NCBI GenBank assembly: GCA_963669175.1
Contig: OY769902.1
Span: 4,192,001-4,256,000 of the forward strand
Length of the DNA: 64,000 nucleotides
Source of the DNA: a bacterium
GTDB lineage: Bacteria; Electryoneota; Electryoneia; Electryoneales; Electryoneaceae
Direction of reading: 5' to 3'
Shown here: positions 30,401 through 39,781 of the stretch, in pieces
How positions within the stretch are numbered: the stretch's first letter is position 1
Layout of the letters: each line of letters starts with the position of its first letter
Program-made: the position numbers and the translations under genes
The notes under the pieces: generated by a model
Database searches by the model: none
What the model saw: the letters and a program-made list of their open reading frames with translations, nothing else
What the model was told of the DNA's origin: nothing

Positions 30401-30737
30401 GATAGGTCAACTGAATCGGCTGCCCGCCTGTAGCAGGAATGATATAGACGTCATCATTGCCTGCATATTGTCCGGTGAATGCGATCCATTTCCCGTCCGG
30501 GCTGAACGACGGGAATTGTTCAATACCTTCGTGTGAAGTCAAACGAATGGCGTTCCCACCCTCAACCGTAGTCAACCAGAGATCACCGGATGAGCTGAAG
30601 ACAATTTTATCGCCGTTCATGTCCGGATAACGCAGGAAACCGTGAGTTTCAGCCTCTAGGGCCAGGGCGGGAACAGTAAAAGCAAAGGAAACAATCAGTA
30701 AAGCTAAGAGCAGGACTCGCGAAAAACCGTATCGCAT
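27474..30737 (-). CDS. Tricorn protease homologue (peptidase S41 with beta-propellers and PDZ)
   Basis: Signal peptide; FLRYPD..GDKIVF; PD40 repeats; GHAY; DDRYNGGG; TASDGE (catalytic Ser); IGERTWGG; D.QLDYAI. Confidence 0.93.
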   Translation of the reverse strand: MRYGFSRVLLLALLIVSFAFTVPALALEAETHGFLRYPDMNGDKIVFSSSGDLWLTTVEGGNAIRLTSHEGIEQFPSFSPDGKWIAFTGQYAGNDDVYIIPATGGQPIQLTYHAARDWVVGWDEDGNIVFKSRNRTMPHRTWSLYKVDIDGGYPVRLPYLRGSTVTYQPDGPGEAMVVYNLDFHTWNRYQGGNAEQIWVGNPETAEYDRPFDYPGNQSHPMWADDGRIYFVCDSTGRENIWSMLPNGQDVKQHTVFDSYDVRWPKLDDRRIIFQLGADICIYDIDTDQVIIPEILVPSDLYSSRTKFIEPGNYLEDWNLSPDGRQLAVSARGEVFTLPVCQAGLIRQWTFSGISREKAPHFLPDNEGLLVISDATGEEAISRINAPGEKIVAVEKSIRPGWKYNVRVSPDGKWAAYGDYGQTLQVVNVETGKCREIATGDWEFYNYSWSPDSRWLAYTKSIRADREAVYIYDTESNTSTLVSNPHFSTNTPAWDPKGRYLYCISERNFDYNQDYNRGLFTYNNLEKLMLIRLRPDVPSPFIAHGDAPKQGELPQAPWLDGVEEEEKDDEDEENREPEPVVIDFAGIAERIESFPYHAGDFGRLGATGDQVYFVEHNGGSSLKLYDLVAQSADMVAEGVSSYRISNDGETIVLRMGGAWYFGTPGIAPLSLDGDHQVSTDGWELEVTPREEWEQILRESWRLQRDFFYEDGYHGGDWDDVLARYGALLDRVTTRDDLQDLLREILAELHAGHAYVWGGEEPDINSEPVGMLGVDMEADSKSGYYRITRVIAPEPGTPDGASPLHYADPQTGAGTYLLAINGIRTDARTNINRLLRNKAGEVVELTLNEKPTFDNARKVNIRCMSGEYALRLFDWIKQQREYVQDKSDGKLGYVFLPDMAGEGIEKWGRDYYPQRSLPGLIVDDRYNGGGNTSEYFIKELTCPMIAVQSSRYSGIETKPHGVYNGHVAVLINGKTASDGETFAYATKELGFGSLIGERTWGGWIWIWGRWPSVDNGGMSVPEFGGWGMHGDWIIEGPGVAPEIEVINDPGSEMRGKDHQLDYAIQLLLKQISEDPKDLPKRPSKGPIRR

Positions 30738-30839
30738 GCATGCCTCCATTCAGGTTCAAAGCAGGAAACGAGATTGCTGAAGATAATACCGGAAGCGGGG
30801 CAATGCATATCACGAGGAGTGGAAAGTGAACCAACATAG

Positions 30840-30872
30840 AAAAATCGGGGCAACCGCATTACAGTTGCCCCG
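30840..30872 (-). terminator. Rho-independent terminator
   Basis: CGGGGCAAC...GTTGCCCCG stem with an A-run on + (U-tail on -). Confidence 0.6.
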
Positions 30873-30900
30873 TTTCCAAGGAAAAGCTATTCCGAACTAT

Positions 30901-31788
30901 CTATTCAACCGGTTCCGTAACCACCATGATCCAGTAGGAATCTTCGACAATCACATCATCCCAGCCGATAATTCGCTCTCCGCCGGTTTCGCCATGACCG
31001 GGCACATCATCGCTGATGTAAGTATCATACCCGTCCGTTTCGCTCAGGATGCGATCGGCAACTGCAATATGCTCCTGGCTGAAGAGATCTTCATTGTTGA
31101 AGTATTCGCCGTAGAATTCTCCATCCTCATCATAGATGATCCGGCCATCCGGCTCCAGGATGAGAACGCATTCATCTTCATGTGACTGCTGCGAATGATA
31201 GGCAAATGTTCTTCGCATCAGGGTATCAAAGCTTGCCTCCGCCAGCAGTACACTTTCCAGGCTCTGTCCGGGAATCACAGGACGCATGTAATGAAAACAC
31301 CACCCGTTTTGATTGTGATAAACTGGCCCGATCGACGGAATCAGGTTCGCAGAGACATTGACAAATGCTGTAGCGCTGCTAAGATCCGTACCGGTGTTCA
31401 CAGTATCCCATTCTGCCGGCGCAGAACGACGAAGGATGCCAGCCGGACCAACCGTCGATACATAATGAGCATATTCATTGACTGTGGTATAAAGATGATC
31501 CAGCGTATCAAATGCAGCATCAGAGGTGATGTCGATTCCTTCAAGCTCTGTTTGTCCGGATAGCATGCGAAGCCGGAAAACATTCCAGAGGGTCATGATT
31601 TGCTGATCATAGGCGGAAGCGAGATCACGCACGACACGTCCCCGCTCTGCGGGCACATCGTCATCATCATCGTCGTCGTCATCATCATCCCCGCCACATC
31701 CGATAAACACCATACCGGTCAGGGGAATAGCAAGAATCAGCAGAAACAGAAAGATGCGTAACCAACGGCTTGAAAGCATGTGCTGCAT
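30901..31788 (-). CDS. Hypothetical lipoprotein with poly-Asp linker, possible Cache-like fold
   Basis: Hydrophobic signal with FIGC lipobox followed by an Asp tract; LILEPDGRIIYD segment. Confidence 0.6.
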   Translation of the reverse strand: MQHMLSSRWLRIFLFLLILAIPLTGMVFIGCGGDDDDDDDDDDDVPAERGRVVRDLASAYDQQIMTLWNVFRLRMLSGQTELEGIDITSDAAFDTLDHLYTTVNEYAHYVSTVGPAGILRRSAPAEWDTVNTGTDLSSATAFVNVSANLIPSIGPVYHNQNGWCFHYMRPVIPGQSLESVLLAEASFDTLMRRTFAYHSQQSHEDECVLILEPDGRIIYDEDGEFYGEYFNNEDLFSQEHIAVADRILSETDGYDTYISDDVPGHGETGGERIIGWDDVIVEDSYWIMVVTEPVE

Positions 31789-31801
31789 TGGAAACTCCCG
31801 T

Positions 31802-32734
31802 CTAAAACAGGCCAAACTTCACAGCGATATACCCAATATAGGAAATCAGGAGTAGAAAACCAGCTATACGTGGAATTTTGGACCAAATTGCCAACAGTGC
31901 AAGCGGGAACAAAGTCAATCCACTATAAAGCAACAAATCCAGGTGAATCTGTTCTTCAACCTTGATCGGGGTAAGGGTTGCACCGGTCCCCAGGACAAAC
32001 AGGGTGTTAAATGCGTTGCTGCCAAGAACATTCCCGATAGCCAGGTCCCCTCTTCCCCGATAGGCAGCGACACCGGACGCCGCAATTTCAGGGAGGCTGG
32101 TTCCCACAGAAACGATGGCAATCCCGATAATCCAACTGCTGATACCAAAAAAGGCTGCAATCCAGATAGCGCCATTCACGAGTAGCTGCGCACCTCCCAC
32201 CATCGCTCCCAGTCCGCCGAACAGGAACAGGAGCGCTATGGGCAGCGAGTATTCCGGCACATCCGTATCAACCAGTGTCCGGTTCGGCCCTTTTAAGCCG
32301 CGTAGCGTATGAAATACCATCACCCCGGTGCCCAGCAGCAGAATGATACCTTCCCACCTGTGAATCTGCCGGTCCCACGCAAATACAAGCAGAAGAGCCA
32401 TTACCAATAGTGCAAGAGGTGTCTCATATTTGAGTGTCGCCTTGGGGAGAAACAGCGGTTTGATCAACGCTGCAACACCCAATATCAAGGCCAGGTTCGC
32501 AATATTGCTACCAACCACATTGCTTAACGCAAGGCTCGGTTCATTTTTCAAACCGGCGGTAACGGTTACCAGAAGTTCAGGAACGGAGGTGGAAAACGCC
32601 ACAACAGTTGCGCCGATTACATACGGGGAGATTTTCAGGCGAGCCGCTGTTGATGCCGCACCACGGACCGTACCCTCGCCCCCAAGGAGCAACAGTATGA
32701 AACCGCCGAGTATGGCGAGCAATGCGACTACCAT
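31802..32734 (-). CDS. Calcium/sodium antiporter (YrbG/CaCA family)
   Basis: Alpha repeats VAFSTSVPEL..NVVGSNIAN and SVGTSLPEI..GNVLGSNAFN. Confidence 0.93.
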   Translation of the reverse strand: MVVALLAILGGFILLLLGGEGTVRGAASTAARLKISPYVIGATVVAFSTSVPELLVTVTAGLKNEPSLALSNVVGSNIANLALILGVAALIKPLFLPKATLKYETPLALLVMALLLVFAWDRQIHRWEGIILLLGTGVMVFHTLRGLKGPNRTLVDTDVPEYSLPIALLFLFGGLGAMVGGAQLLVNGAIWIAAFFGISSWIIGIAIVSVGTSLPEIAASGVAAYRGRGDLAIGNVLGSNAFNTLFVLGTGATLTPIKVEEQIHLDLLLYSGLTLFPLALLAIWSKIPRIAGFLLLISYIGYIAVKFGLF

Positions 32735-32780
32735 CCGAAATCCTCAGTTAAACCTGAACTGCTTTTCGAGAATATGCGCT

Positions 32781-33491
32781 TCACCTGATATGTTCTTCGA
32801 AGAACATTCGTTCCAAATGCTGACATTTTTTCTGCTTCAGCACTTTCGTTATCCAACGGTATTCAATTTCAAGACGGTCACGTTCATCCAACCGCCAATC
32901 CACATCACTCCGGTGCAGACGTGTCACCAGATCATGCAGCGTCAGCGCCACACTGACTGAGATATTGTAACTCTCCGTGAATCCATACATGGGAATCCGC
33001 ACATGTTCATCCGCGAGGTCCAGGGCGGACTCCCTGATGCCAGTCCGTTCACGCCCAAACATGATTGCCAGCGGTTGATCTACGGGAAGATCCGGCAACA
33101 GGCATGCAGACGTATGCGGTGTGGTCGCAATGATACGATAGCCCTTTTCCTTCAAATGATTCAGGCAAATCGGGGTATTATCCACGCCTTTTTCATTCCA
33201 TCGGGTTAAGTCCACCCACTTGGAGGCGCCACGAGTTACGGCAGGGTTGATGGTAAACCGGTTCTCATTTTCAATGATATTCAGTTCCTGAATGCCGAAG
33301 CAGTCGCAGGAACGTACGGTTGCACTGGCATTGTGAGTCTGATGAATATCTTCCAACACAATGGTTATGTGACGGGTGCGATTATCCAGTACTTCCTGGA
33401 ATCCACCCACTTTATGATCGGTCAGGAAACTGCCCAGGTACGCGATTAGCTCGCGCAGAGTTGACGTGTCCAGTTCTTTTTCTGAGGCCAT
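32781..33491 (-). CDS. trmH: TrmH/SpoU family tRNA (guanosine-2'-O)-methyltransferase
   Basis: VLEDIHQTHNASATVRSCDCFG, MFGRERTG, RIPMYGFTESYNISVS. Confidence 0.85.
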   Translation of the reverse strand: MASEKELDTSTLRELIAYLGSFLTDHKVGGFQEVLDNRTRHITIVLEDIHQTHNASATVRSCDCFGIQELNIIENENRFTINPAVTRGASKWVDLTRWNEKGVDNTPICLNHLKEKGYRIIATTPHTSACLLPDLPVDQPLAIMFGRERTGIRESALDLADEHVRIPMYGFTESYNISVSVALTLHDLVTRLHRSDVDWRLDERDRLEIEYRWITKVLKQKKCQHLERMFFEEHIR

Positions 33492-33699
33492 AGTGCAAGC
33501 TACGCAGGAAAGTGAAACCCGGCAAGGGAATTACTCTGTCCGGTTTAACCAGCCCGGATATTTCATGTGTACGAAGTATTCATTCCCACGAAGAGCCTGT
33601 ACAAACTGCCTCTTGACAAAATAAGCTGAAGTAATTCTAGCATATTGATATTATTAGCAATAGAATGATTTTCTTCGTTACACTCGTAAAATAATCGAG

Positions 33700-35184
33700 C
33701 TATTTCTTCTCTGGTTCAGACTCCTGAGGCGCTTCAGCTTCGCCGGTCTCTGCATGACGCTCGTACAGCTTCATCAGTTCAGAGAAAGAGAGATCCAGTC
33801 GCCACAAGCTGAAGACGCCCATAAGTGTCAGGGTCAGGTAGTTCAGGGCATGCATTGTTGTGGCAAAGATAGCTGCAATTGAGCCCGGCACACCGAAGAA
33901 GTCAAGCCCGATCATAACTGACTTGTGGTAAGTTCCCACAGCCCCCGGCGCAGATGGAATACTCATCCCCAGTGCGGAAACAACGGTAATCGCCATGCTC
34001 TGGATCAGGGCAAATCCCTGCAATTCCGGCAGGGATTCGTTCCTGGTCAGCGAGAAAGCATCCAGTACATATTCCATCGCCAGCGCATACAGAAACCAGA
34101 GGAAAAACGTGGTTAGCAAGACCTGGATCATGATCTTCCAGTCCTTTAGAACAGCCAGACCACGCAGCAGGCTGACCAGCATATCTGCAAAACGCTTGAT
34201 CATGGGACCACGGTCGGCCGTAAACGATGACAACTTCCTTTCGATCCGGTCCGGGGTGCGAGAAAGGATATACCCGACAAACAATCCGCCGATTACCCCA
34301 ACGATGAGCACCGCCCCACCGATGCGCATCCATTCCGGGAAACTATAGGTCAACAGAGATACACCGAAAATCATCCCAAGCCCCAACAGGTCGAAAACAC
34401 GATCAAGCGCGCATGTTGTCAGGGTTGCCGGGATTGGCAGATTGGCTTTTCGTGCCAGGAGAATTCCGCGAACAACTTCTCCGATGCGGAAAGGCAGGAC
34501 ATTGTTTAGAAGATAGCCTACGTTGGTAGAATAAAATACCTGGAAAAAACTTGCCCCGCCGAATGGTTCAACCAGCAATTTCCAACGCCAGGAACGAACA
34601 TACAGCGAGACAATCAGTGTCAGGAACGCCAGGAACGAAGGAAGCGGCCGAAGAATTGCCAGAGCCTCGCCCAGATCTTTCATGTTAAAGCGCGGTTTCA
34701 GCCATCCCTGCATGGCAGTAAAAGGAAATCCCTTTATCATTTTGGGATAGGCTGCCTGGATGACAATCCTGTTCCGTTTGTGGATATCCCTTGCGGAAGC
34801 GTTTTTCGGCAGTGGTCCTACTTGTTCCTGAATCTCATGCCCGTAGAAGTAAGGCAGGCTGTCCAGCGTCATGGCAACATTGGCGGCTTCAATCAGTCTT
34901 GTAACCAATGTATCATTGAGTGGTTCTTCCGGATCCCAGCGCATTAACAGGTTCTGGCCCTGCTGTGTCAACAGGTTGGCAAGCACTACATCACCCGTAC
35001 GTTTCCGGGCATGTACTGTCTCAACAAATAAAGCAGGATCTACCAACTGCTTACGATCAATCGGAAATTCTTCAGCCGAACGCCCGCGAAACCATGCGAC
35101 CGGTTGTGGTTCAAGGAATACGAAATAGATGAGAATCAGACTTATTCCGAAGCCCAGGACTTGTTGGAGAAACTTCTTGTTCAT
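33700..35184 (-). CDS. Lysylphosphatidylglycerol synthase TM / flippase-like (UPF0104) protein with soluble insertion
   Basis: RSWRWKLL, GYLLNNVLPFRIGEVVR, DRVFD, PSAPGAVGTYH; about 140-aa insert after TM1. Confidence 0.85.
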   Translation of the reverse strand: MNKKFLQQVLGFGISLILIYFVFLEPQPVAWFRGRSAEEFPIDRKQLVDPALFVETVHARKRTGDVVLANLLTQQGQNLLMRWDPEEPLNDTLVTRLIEAANVAMTLDSLPYFYGHEIQEQVGPLPKNASARDIHKRNRIVIQAAYPKMIKGFPFTAMQGWLKPRFNMKDLGEALAILRPLPSFLAFLTLIVSLYVRSWRWKLLVEPFGGASFFQVFYSTNVGYLLNNVLPFRIGEVVRGILLARKANLPIPATLTTCALDRVFDLLGLGMIFGVSLLTYSFPEWMRIGGAVLIVGVIGGLFVGYILSRTPDRIERKLSSFTADRGPMIKRFADMLVSLLRGLAVLKDWKIMIQVLLTTFFLWFLYALAMEYVLDAFSLTRNESLPELQGFALIQSMAITVVSALGMSIPSAPGAVGTYHKSVMIGLDFFGVPGSIAAIFATTMHALNYLTLTLMGVFSLWRLDLSFSELMKLYERHAETGEAEAPQESEPEKK

Positions 35185-35187
35185 GGC

Positions 35188-35841
35188 TTATCGCAGGTCA
35201 AAGACCTGGACTCCTTCCGGTATATCTAACACGAAACGATCCGCTGGGATCGTGGGATTTAGCTGTACATCAAGGATGATGAACGTGGTACGATTGCCGG
35301 AATCATCCGTCCATTCCATACGTCGGGTAATATAGTCCTCAGCATTGACCCAGACCTTCACTTCACGAACGCCCAGTCCGGGTTGTTTCGGTTCCAGCTT
35401 CATCATGTAAGCAAGCTGACCGTCAATAACAGATTCAATGACATCACCGGCATCAAACTGCTTGGGATATTCAAACAGGAAATCCTTGGGGAGCACTCCC
35501 TGCGCCTTGTCCAGCGGCTCGATGATAACCTGTTGATTGGCGACGCTGTACCGCCACAGTGTCTTGCCGTCTGTCACCATCATCTGAATCGGTGTTTCGA
35601 ATCTGAATTTTTTATCCCCTGCGATTTCCATGGTTCCGTCCGTGGATTCCACTTCCCCTGCCAGCGCCCACTGGAACTCCTTGCGGAAGGTACAGGAGAA
35701 CGACTCCATGTCATCATACGCCTTCTGAATATTGCGAATCAGCCGACCGCTCGAAGGCGGATCAGCCGCAAGGGCAAATCCGGCCAACAGCAATCCAAGA
35801 ACCGCTGCGGACAGAATATGTGGAATCGATTTAATTCTCAT
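35188..35841 (-). CDS. lolA: Outer-membrane lipoprotein carrier LolA
   Basis: Signal peptide; KFRFET, VTDGKTLWRYS..QQVII, C-terminal F.LDIPEGVQVFD; directly downstream of ftsK (conserved synteny). Confidence 0.88.
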   Translation of the reverse strand: MRIKSIPHILSAAVLGLLLAGFALAADPPSSGRLIRNIQKAYDDMESFSCTFRKEFQWALAGEVESTDGTMEIAGDKKFRFETPIQMMVTDGKTLWRYSVANQQVIIEPLDKAQGVLPKDFLFEYPKQFDAGDVIESVIDGQLAYMMKLEPKQPGLGVREVKVWVNAEDYITRRMEWTDDSGNRTTFIILDVQLNPTIPADRFVLDIPEGVQVFDLR

Positions 35842-38251
35842 GATTGAAAAATCCTTCCGCTTCTTCCGGACCCATCAATACTTCACGCGCTTTTGAGCCT
35901 TCAAACGGTCCGACAATACCGGCCTGTTCCAGTTGATCCAGGATACGTCCCGCACGGCTGTATCCAACCTTCAGCCTGCGTTGAATCAGGGAAACCGATC
36001 CCTGCTGATGACGAACCACCAGCTTGACCGCTTCTTCAAACAGCACATCTCTTGTGCCATCATCTATCGCGCCCGGACCGCCGCCCACATCAGAATCAGC
36101 AGGCGCCTGCAGCTTGCAGGTTTTCACAAACGCAGGCTGATTGGCAACATGGGCGATCAGTTTGTGTACTTCTTCTGTCGAGATGAACGCACCATGAATA
36201 CGAACCGGTTGCGGCGAGGCATTGGTCATGATCAGCGCATCACCTTTACCCAGCAACGCCTCTGCGCCGGGACGGTCCAGGATGGTTCGGCTGTCTATCT
36301 TTGACGCAACCATAAACGCCAGCCGTGCCGGGAAGTTCGCCTTGATCACACCGGTGATGACATCGACTGACGGACGTTGTGTCGCTACGACAAGGTGAAT
36401 GCCAACCGCACGCGCCATCTGGGCCAGCCGCGCAATCGGCTCTTCCACTTCCTTCGCCGCTGTCAGCATCAGATCAGCCAATTCATCGACAATCACAACG
36501 ATATACGGCATCTTCACCGCTTCGTTGCCATCCTCATCCGGCTTGATCTTCCCTTTCTCTACGAACTCGTTAAATTCGCCAATGTTCCTGACACCCACTT
36601 CTGCCAGGTAAGTATAACGTCGTTCCATTTCGGTTACGATGCTTTGTAACAGCGCAACAGCGTTCTTTGGTTCGGTTGCGATAACTTCGTCCGCATCTTC
36701 CACAAAGAGCAGGTGATGCTTGCGAAGTTCGGCATAGGCTGAAAGCTCAAGCTTCTTCGGGTCAACCATCGCCACCAGCACATCTTCCGGCTGGTTACGC
36801 AGCAGCAGGCTGGCGATGATCGTGTTGATGCAGACTGATTTACCGGAACCTGTCGTTCCTGCAATCAGCATATGCGGCATTTTCGCAAGATCGATACAGT
36901 AAATATCACCCTGCGCCGTGCGTCCCAACGCCATAAGCAGGTGCTTATCCGATCCACGGAATGCTTTTGAATCCACGATTTCACGCAGAAAGACAGTTCG
37001 TGAGTGATGATTTGGCACTTCAATCCCCACCGCCCCGGCCCCCGGGATCGGCGCAAGGATGCGGACTGCCGGGGCCGCCAACGCCATGGCAAGATCATCA
37101 CCAAGCGATGCGATACGCCCCACTTTCACACCAGGACCGGGCTTCAGGTCGTAGCGAGTAATGACAGGACCGGGATGAATCGCAATTACTTTGGCCACAA
37201 CACCGAACTGTTCCAGCGTCTGCTCCAGCAGGGTGGCCTGCTGACGCAACGCCTGTTCATCGACCTCGGCAGAAGCAGCCGTATATTCCGGTTCATCCAG
37301 CAATTCTACAGGTGGATACAGGTATTCCGGGCGCTCACGTTTCGCTTCGGCATTCTCCGCTGCAGCAAGAGCTGCCGGTGTTGTTGCCGCCTCCTGCTTC
37401 GCTTCATTCATCTTATCCATTACAATTTCAGCATCAGATGGCGTATCCCGTTCATCCGGTTCATGCTCGAGCGTTATGGAATCAAACTTCTCTTCCGGCT
37501 CCTCATAGTCGTAATCATCCTCTTCGTCATCATCGCCAATGGAGATGGGAGGCGCTTCATATTCTTCTTCATCATCATCATCATCATCATCATCATCCGG
37601 CGCGCGCTTGGGATTCCGCTTCTTCAGTTCCGGCTTCAGCTTCTTTCCAGCCTTGCCGATACCCCGCCCGACCTTCGCGCCTACGGCTCCACTTCGCTCC
37701 ATCACTTTTGCCCATCGGATACCGAAGAATACAGTCAGGTAAATCAGGATCGCCGCACTCAGAACCAGGATGGAGCCGGTCTTGCCGAATCCGGACAGGA
37801 TCAACTTCGCCAGCTCAGTTCCGATAAATCCGGACTGGACATAGGGATCAATATCCTCAGGTCCGGTAACGGCAAACACGCCCCAGAAGGTGGAAACAAG
37901 CAATGCGGCAAAGATGAGCGGAACACCTGTCTGCCAGGTCCACCTGAAGCCCTTGGCACGGATCAACTCAATTGCAAACACCGCCATCAGTAACGGTATG
38001 GTCAGGCTGACAATCCTACCGAATGTCGCCAGGATCAGCCCGCAGGCTAAATTCGCTCCAATAACGCCCAACCAGTTATGCGGAGGGTCCTGCATTCCCA
38101 GGAACGGATCATCAGGATGAAACGTGAGAACAGCAAGAACCTGTAATGCGGCCATTGCGAGCAGAGCAATCCCGATCACGTCACGCACACTACTGCGACG
38201 AGTTTTCGGAGCTGCCTTTTTCTTTTTCTTGCTTGCTATCTTTTTAGCCAT
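35831..38251 (-). CDS. ftsK: DNA translocase FtsK
   Basis: N-terminal TM domain, acidic linker, HMLIAGTTGSGKS, VIVDELADLM, ATQRPSVDVITG, gamma domain SLIQRRLKVGYSRAGRI. Confidence 0.97.
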   Translation of the reverse strand: MAKKIASKKKKKAAPKTRRSSVRDVIGIALLAMAALQVLAVLTFHPDDPFLGMQDPPHNWLGVIGANLACGLILATFGRIVSLTIPLLMAVFAIELIRAKGFRWTWQTGVPLIFAALLVSTFWGVFAVTGPEDIDPYVQSGFIGTELAKLILSGFGKTGSILVLSAAILIYLTVFFGIRWAKVMERSGAVGAKVGRGIGKAGKKLKPELKKRNPKRAPDDDDDDDDDEEEYEAPPISIGDDDEEDDYDYEEPEEKFDSITLEHEPDERDTPSDAEIVMDKMNEAKQEAATTPAALAAAENAEAKRERPEYLYPPVELLDEPEYTAASAEVDEQALRQQATLLEQTLEQFGVVAKVIAIHPGPVITRYDLKPGPGVKVGRIASLGDDLAMALAAPAVRILAPIPGAGAVGIEVPNHHSRTVFLREIVDSKAFRGSDKHLLMALGRTAQGDIYCIDLAKMPHMLIAGTTGSGKSVCINTIIASLLLRNQPEDVLVAMVDPKKLELSAYAELRKHHLLFVEDADEVIATEPKNAVALLQSIVTEMERRYTYLAEVGVRNIGEFNEFVEKGKIKPDEDGNEAVKMPYIVVIVDELADLMLTAAKEVEEPIARLAQMARAVGIHLVVATQRPSVDVITGVIKANFPARLAFMVASKIDSRTILDRPGAEALLGKGDALIMTNASPQPVRIHGAFISTEEVHKLIAHVANQPAFVKTCKLQAPADSDVGGGPGAIDDGTRDVLFEEAVKLVVRHQQGSVSLIQRRLKVGYSRAGRILDQLEQAGIVGPFEGSKAREVLMGPEEAEGFFNHEN

Positions 38252-38456
38252 AACCTTATCCTTGTGCAACCGGAAAGTACCTACACGCCCTGTCGGGCGC
38301 AAGGGGAAGTTCATCGGTTGCCCGAAACCAGTGAAACAGACGACTGTCTCGTGTAAAACAAACCCTGTCTAATCCGTTAAAACGGTTCATTGGGGGTTCT
38401 CCAAAGGGAATTTGATCCTTATATTCCGGCAACTTGAGGGGTATAATCCATAGGTC

Positions 38457-39035
38457 ATGTTACGCCAGATTCCTAACATATTAACTGCGCTACGGTTTCC
38501 CCTGACTGCGGTCTTCCTGTACGGTTTCCTGCAACCGGAAGGGGAAATAGTATGGCAGATTATCGGCATTCTGAGTTTTATGCTCAGTGCGTTGACCGAT
38601 CTGCTTGACGGTATCATCGCACGAAAAATGAACTCAGTCACAAAGATCGGCGCGTTCCTTGATCCCCTGGCGGATAAAGTGCAGGTCTTATCCGGTTTTG
38701 CCGCATTGTTGCTGAAGCCGGATATCGGCTGGGGCCAGTGGAAAATCCTCATCATTATCTCTGTCTGTGTCATTGCCTTGCGTGAAATTGTCATCACCTG
38801 GTGGCGTTCTTACAAGTTTGCCAAGAGTAAACCTCCACGCACTTCGTTCCTGGCAAAAGCCAAGACCATGACGCAAATGATCACACTGATCGTTGCCATC
38901 GTTTTGCTCGGCATCGTGGAATTGCTTCATGTAAACGAAACCTTATACCTTGCGATACTGGTACTCATCGGAGGCGGTATTGTAGCGAGTGCAGTTTTAG
39001 CTGCGATGAGCGCGTATACCTATCTGAAAGACTGA
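38457..39035 (+). CDS. pgsA: CDP-alcohol phosphatidyltransferase (PgsA-like)
   Basis: IPNILTALR, TDLLDGIIARK...GAFLDPLADK, RE motif, AKAKT..Q. Confidence 0.88.
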   Translation: MLRQIPNILTALRFPLTAVFLYGFLQPEGEIVWQIIGILSFMLSALTDLLDGIIARKMNSVTKIGAFLDPLADKVQVLSGFAALLLKPDIGWGQWKILIIISVCVIALREIVITWWRSYKFAKSKPPRTSFLAKAKTMTQMITLIVAIVLLGIVELLHVNETLYLAILVLIGGGIVASAVLAAMSAYTYLKD

Positions 39036-39051
39036 CCGGAAGCGAAGCATC

Positions 39052-39519
39052 ATGCGTACTTCATTGATTCTCATCCTGTTTTCAGTCCTGTTCATCTTGA
39101 GCTGTGGAACCGAACGCAAGAAAGAAGCGACTGTTCGGGACTCCACGGCCAGCGCACAAAAAGACACCCTGATGCTCGACAATGTCCCCCCGGGAGCAGA
39201 ACCTGTCTGGGACGAGGGCATCACATTTGATGAAAACACCATGAAGGCCACGGTTGCCATTCGCAGCGCCGAACTGCACAACCTGTTTCTACGTACTGAG
39301 AAGCGATACCCTGGGTTGCACGGGAATGTCACCGCGCATTTTGTCGTAAATCCGGATGGCACGGTTGAAGATGTGACCATAAAGGATGCCAGGTGGAATG
39401 AACCTGCCGGAGACATTGTCACTGACAGCCTGGTTCTGCTGGTTGAAGAATGGACATTCCCGCCGGGAGCCGCAAAATCCATTGGCATTACCCAACCCTG
39501 GAATTTCATCCGGGAATAG
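39052..39519 (+). CDS. Lipoprotein with TonB-C/AgmX-like domain
   Basis: ILSC lipobox; PGLHGNVTAHFVVNPDGTV...WTFPP. Confidence 0.7.
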   Translation: MRTSLILILFSVLFILSCGTERKKEATVRDSTASAQKDTLMLDNVPPGAEPVWDEGITFDENTMKATVAIRSAELHNLFLRTEKRYPGLHGNVTAHFVVNPDGTVEDVTIKDARWNEPAGDIVTDSLVLLVEEWTFPPGAAKSIGITQPWNFIRE

Positions 39520-39569
39520 TAGTAGCAGAAGACTGTGCCGCGTTAAACTATAGTTGTTCCGCTATGTAA

Positions 39570-39781
39570 ACAGTCAAGGGTGTAAAGAGCCTTTGTATCG
39601 TCCCATGTGCCGTTCTGCTATTCGTGCTCGTGGCACAAGTTTTTTGTTCGCACGGAACAGCGGCGCCCTAAACTCGAATCGTTGTCAAGCAACAGAATAA
39701 CTACCAGGGTCGCGTGTTCCCAATGGCATCGGACGATTCAATCACAATCTATGCTTTACCTACCTGCCAGCAGTGCTGGGG
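39570..39781 (-). ncRNA. Candidate bridge RNA/seekRNA of the IS110 element
   Basis: About 210-nt non-coding 3' end with stems (e.g. TGTGCC/GGCACA) and short matches to both element junctions; position as expected for IS1111-type elements. Confidence 0.5.

Noticed and set aside
37560-37597. (TCA)n microsatellite as a phase-variation switch (also 31657-31689)
   Set aside because: In-frame trinucleotide runs encoding poly-Asp/Glu linkers; length changes would not shift the frame.
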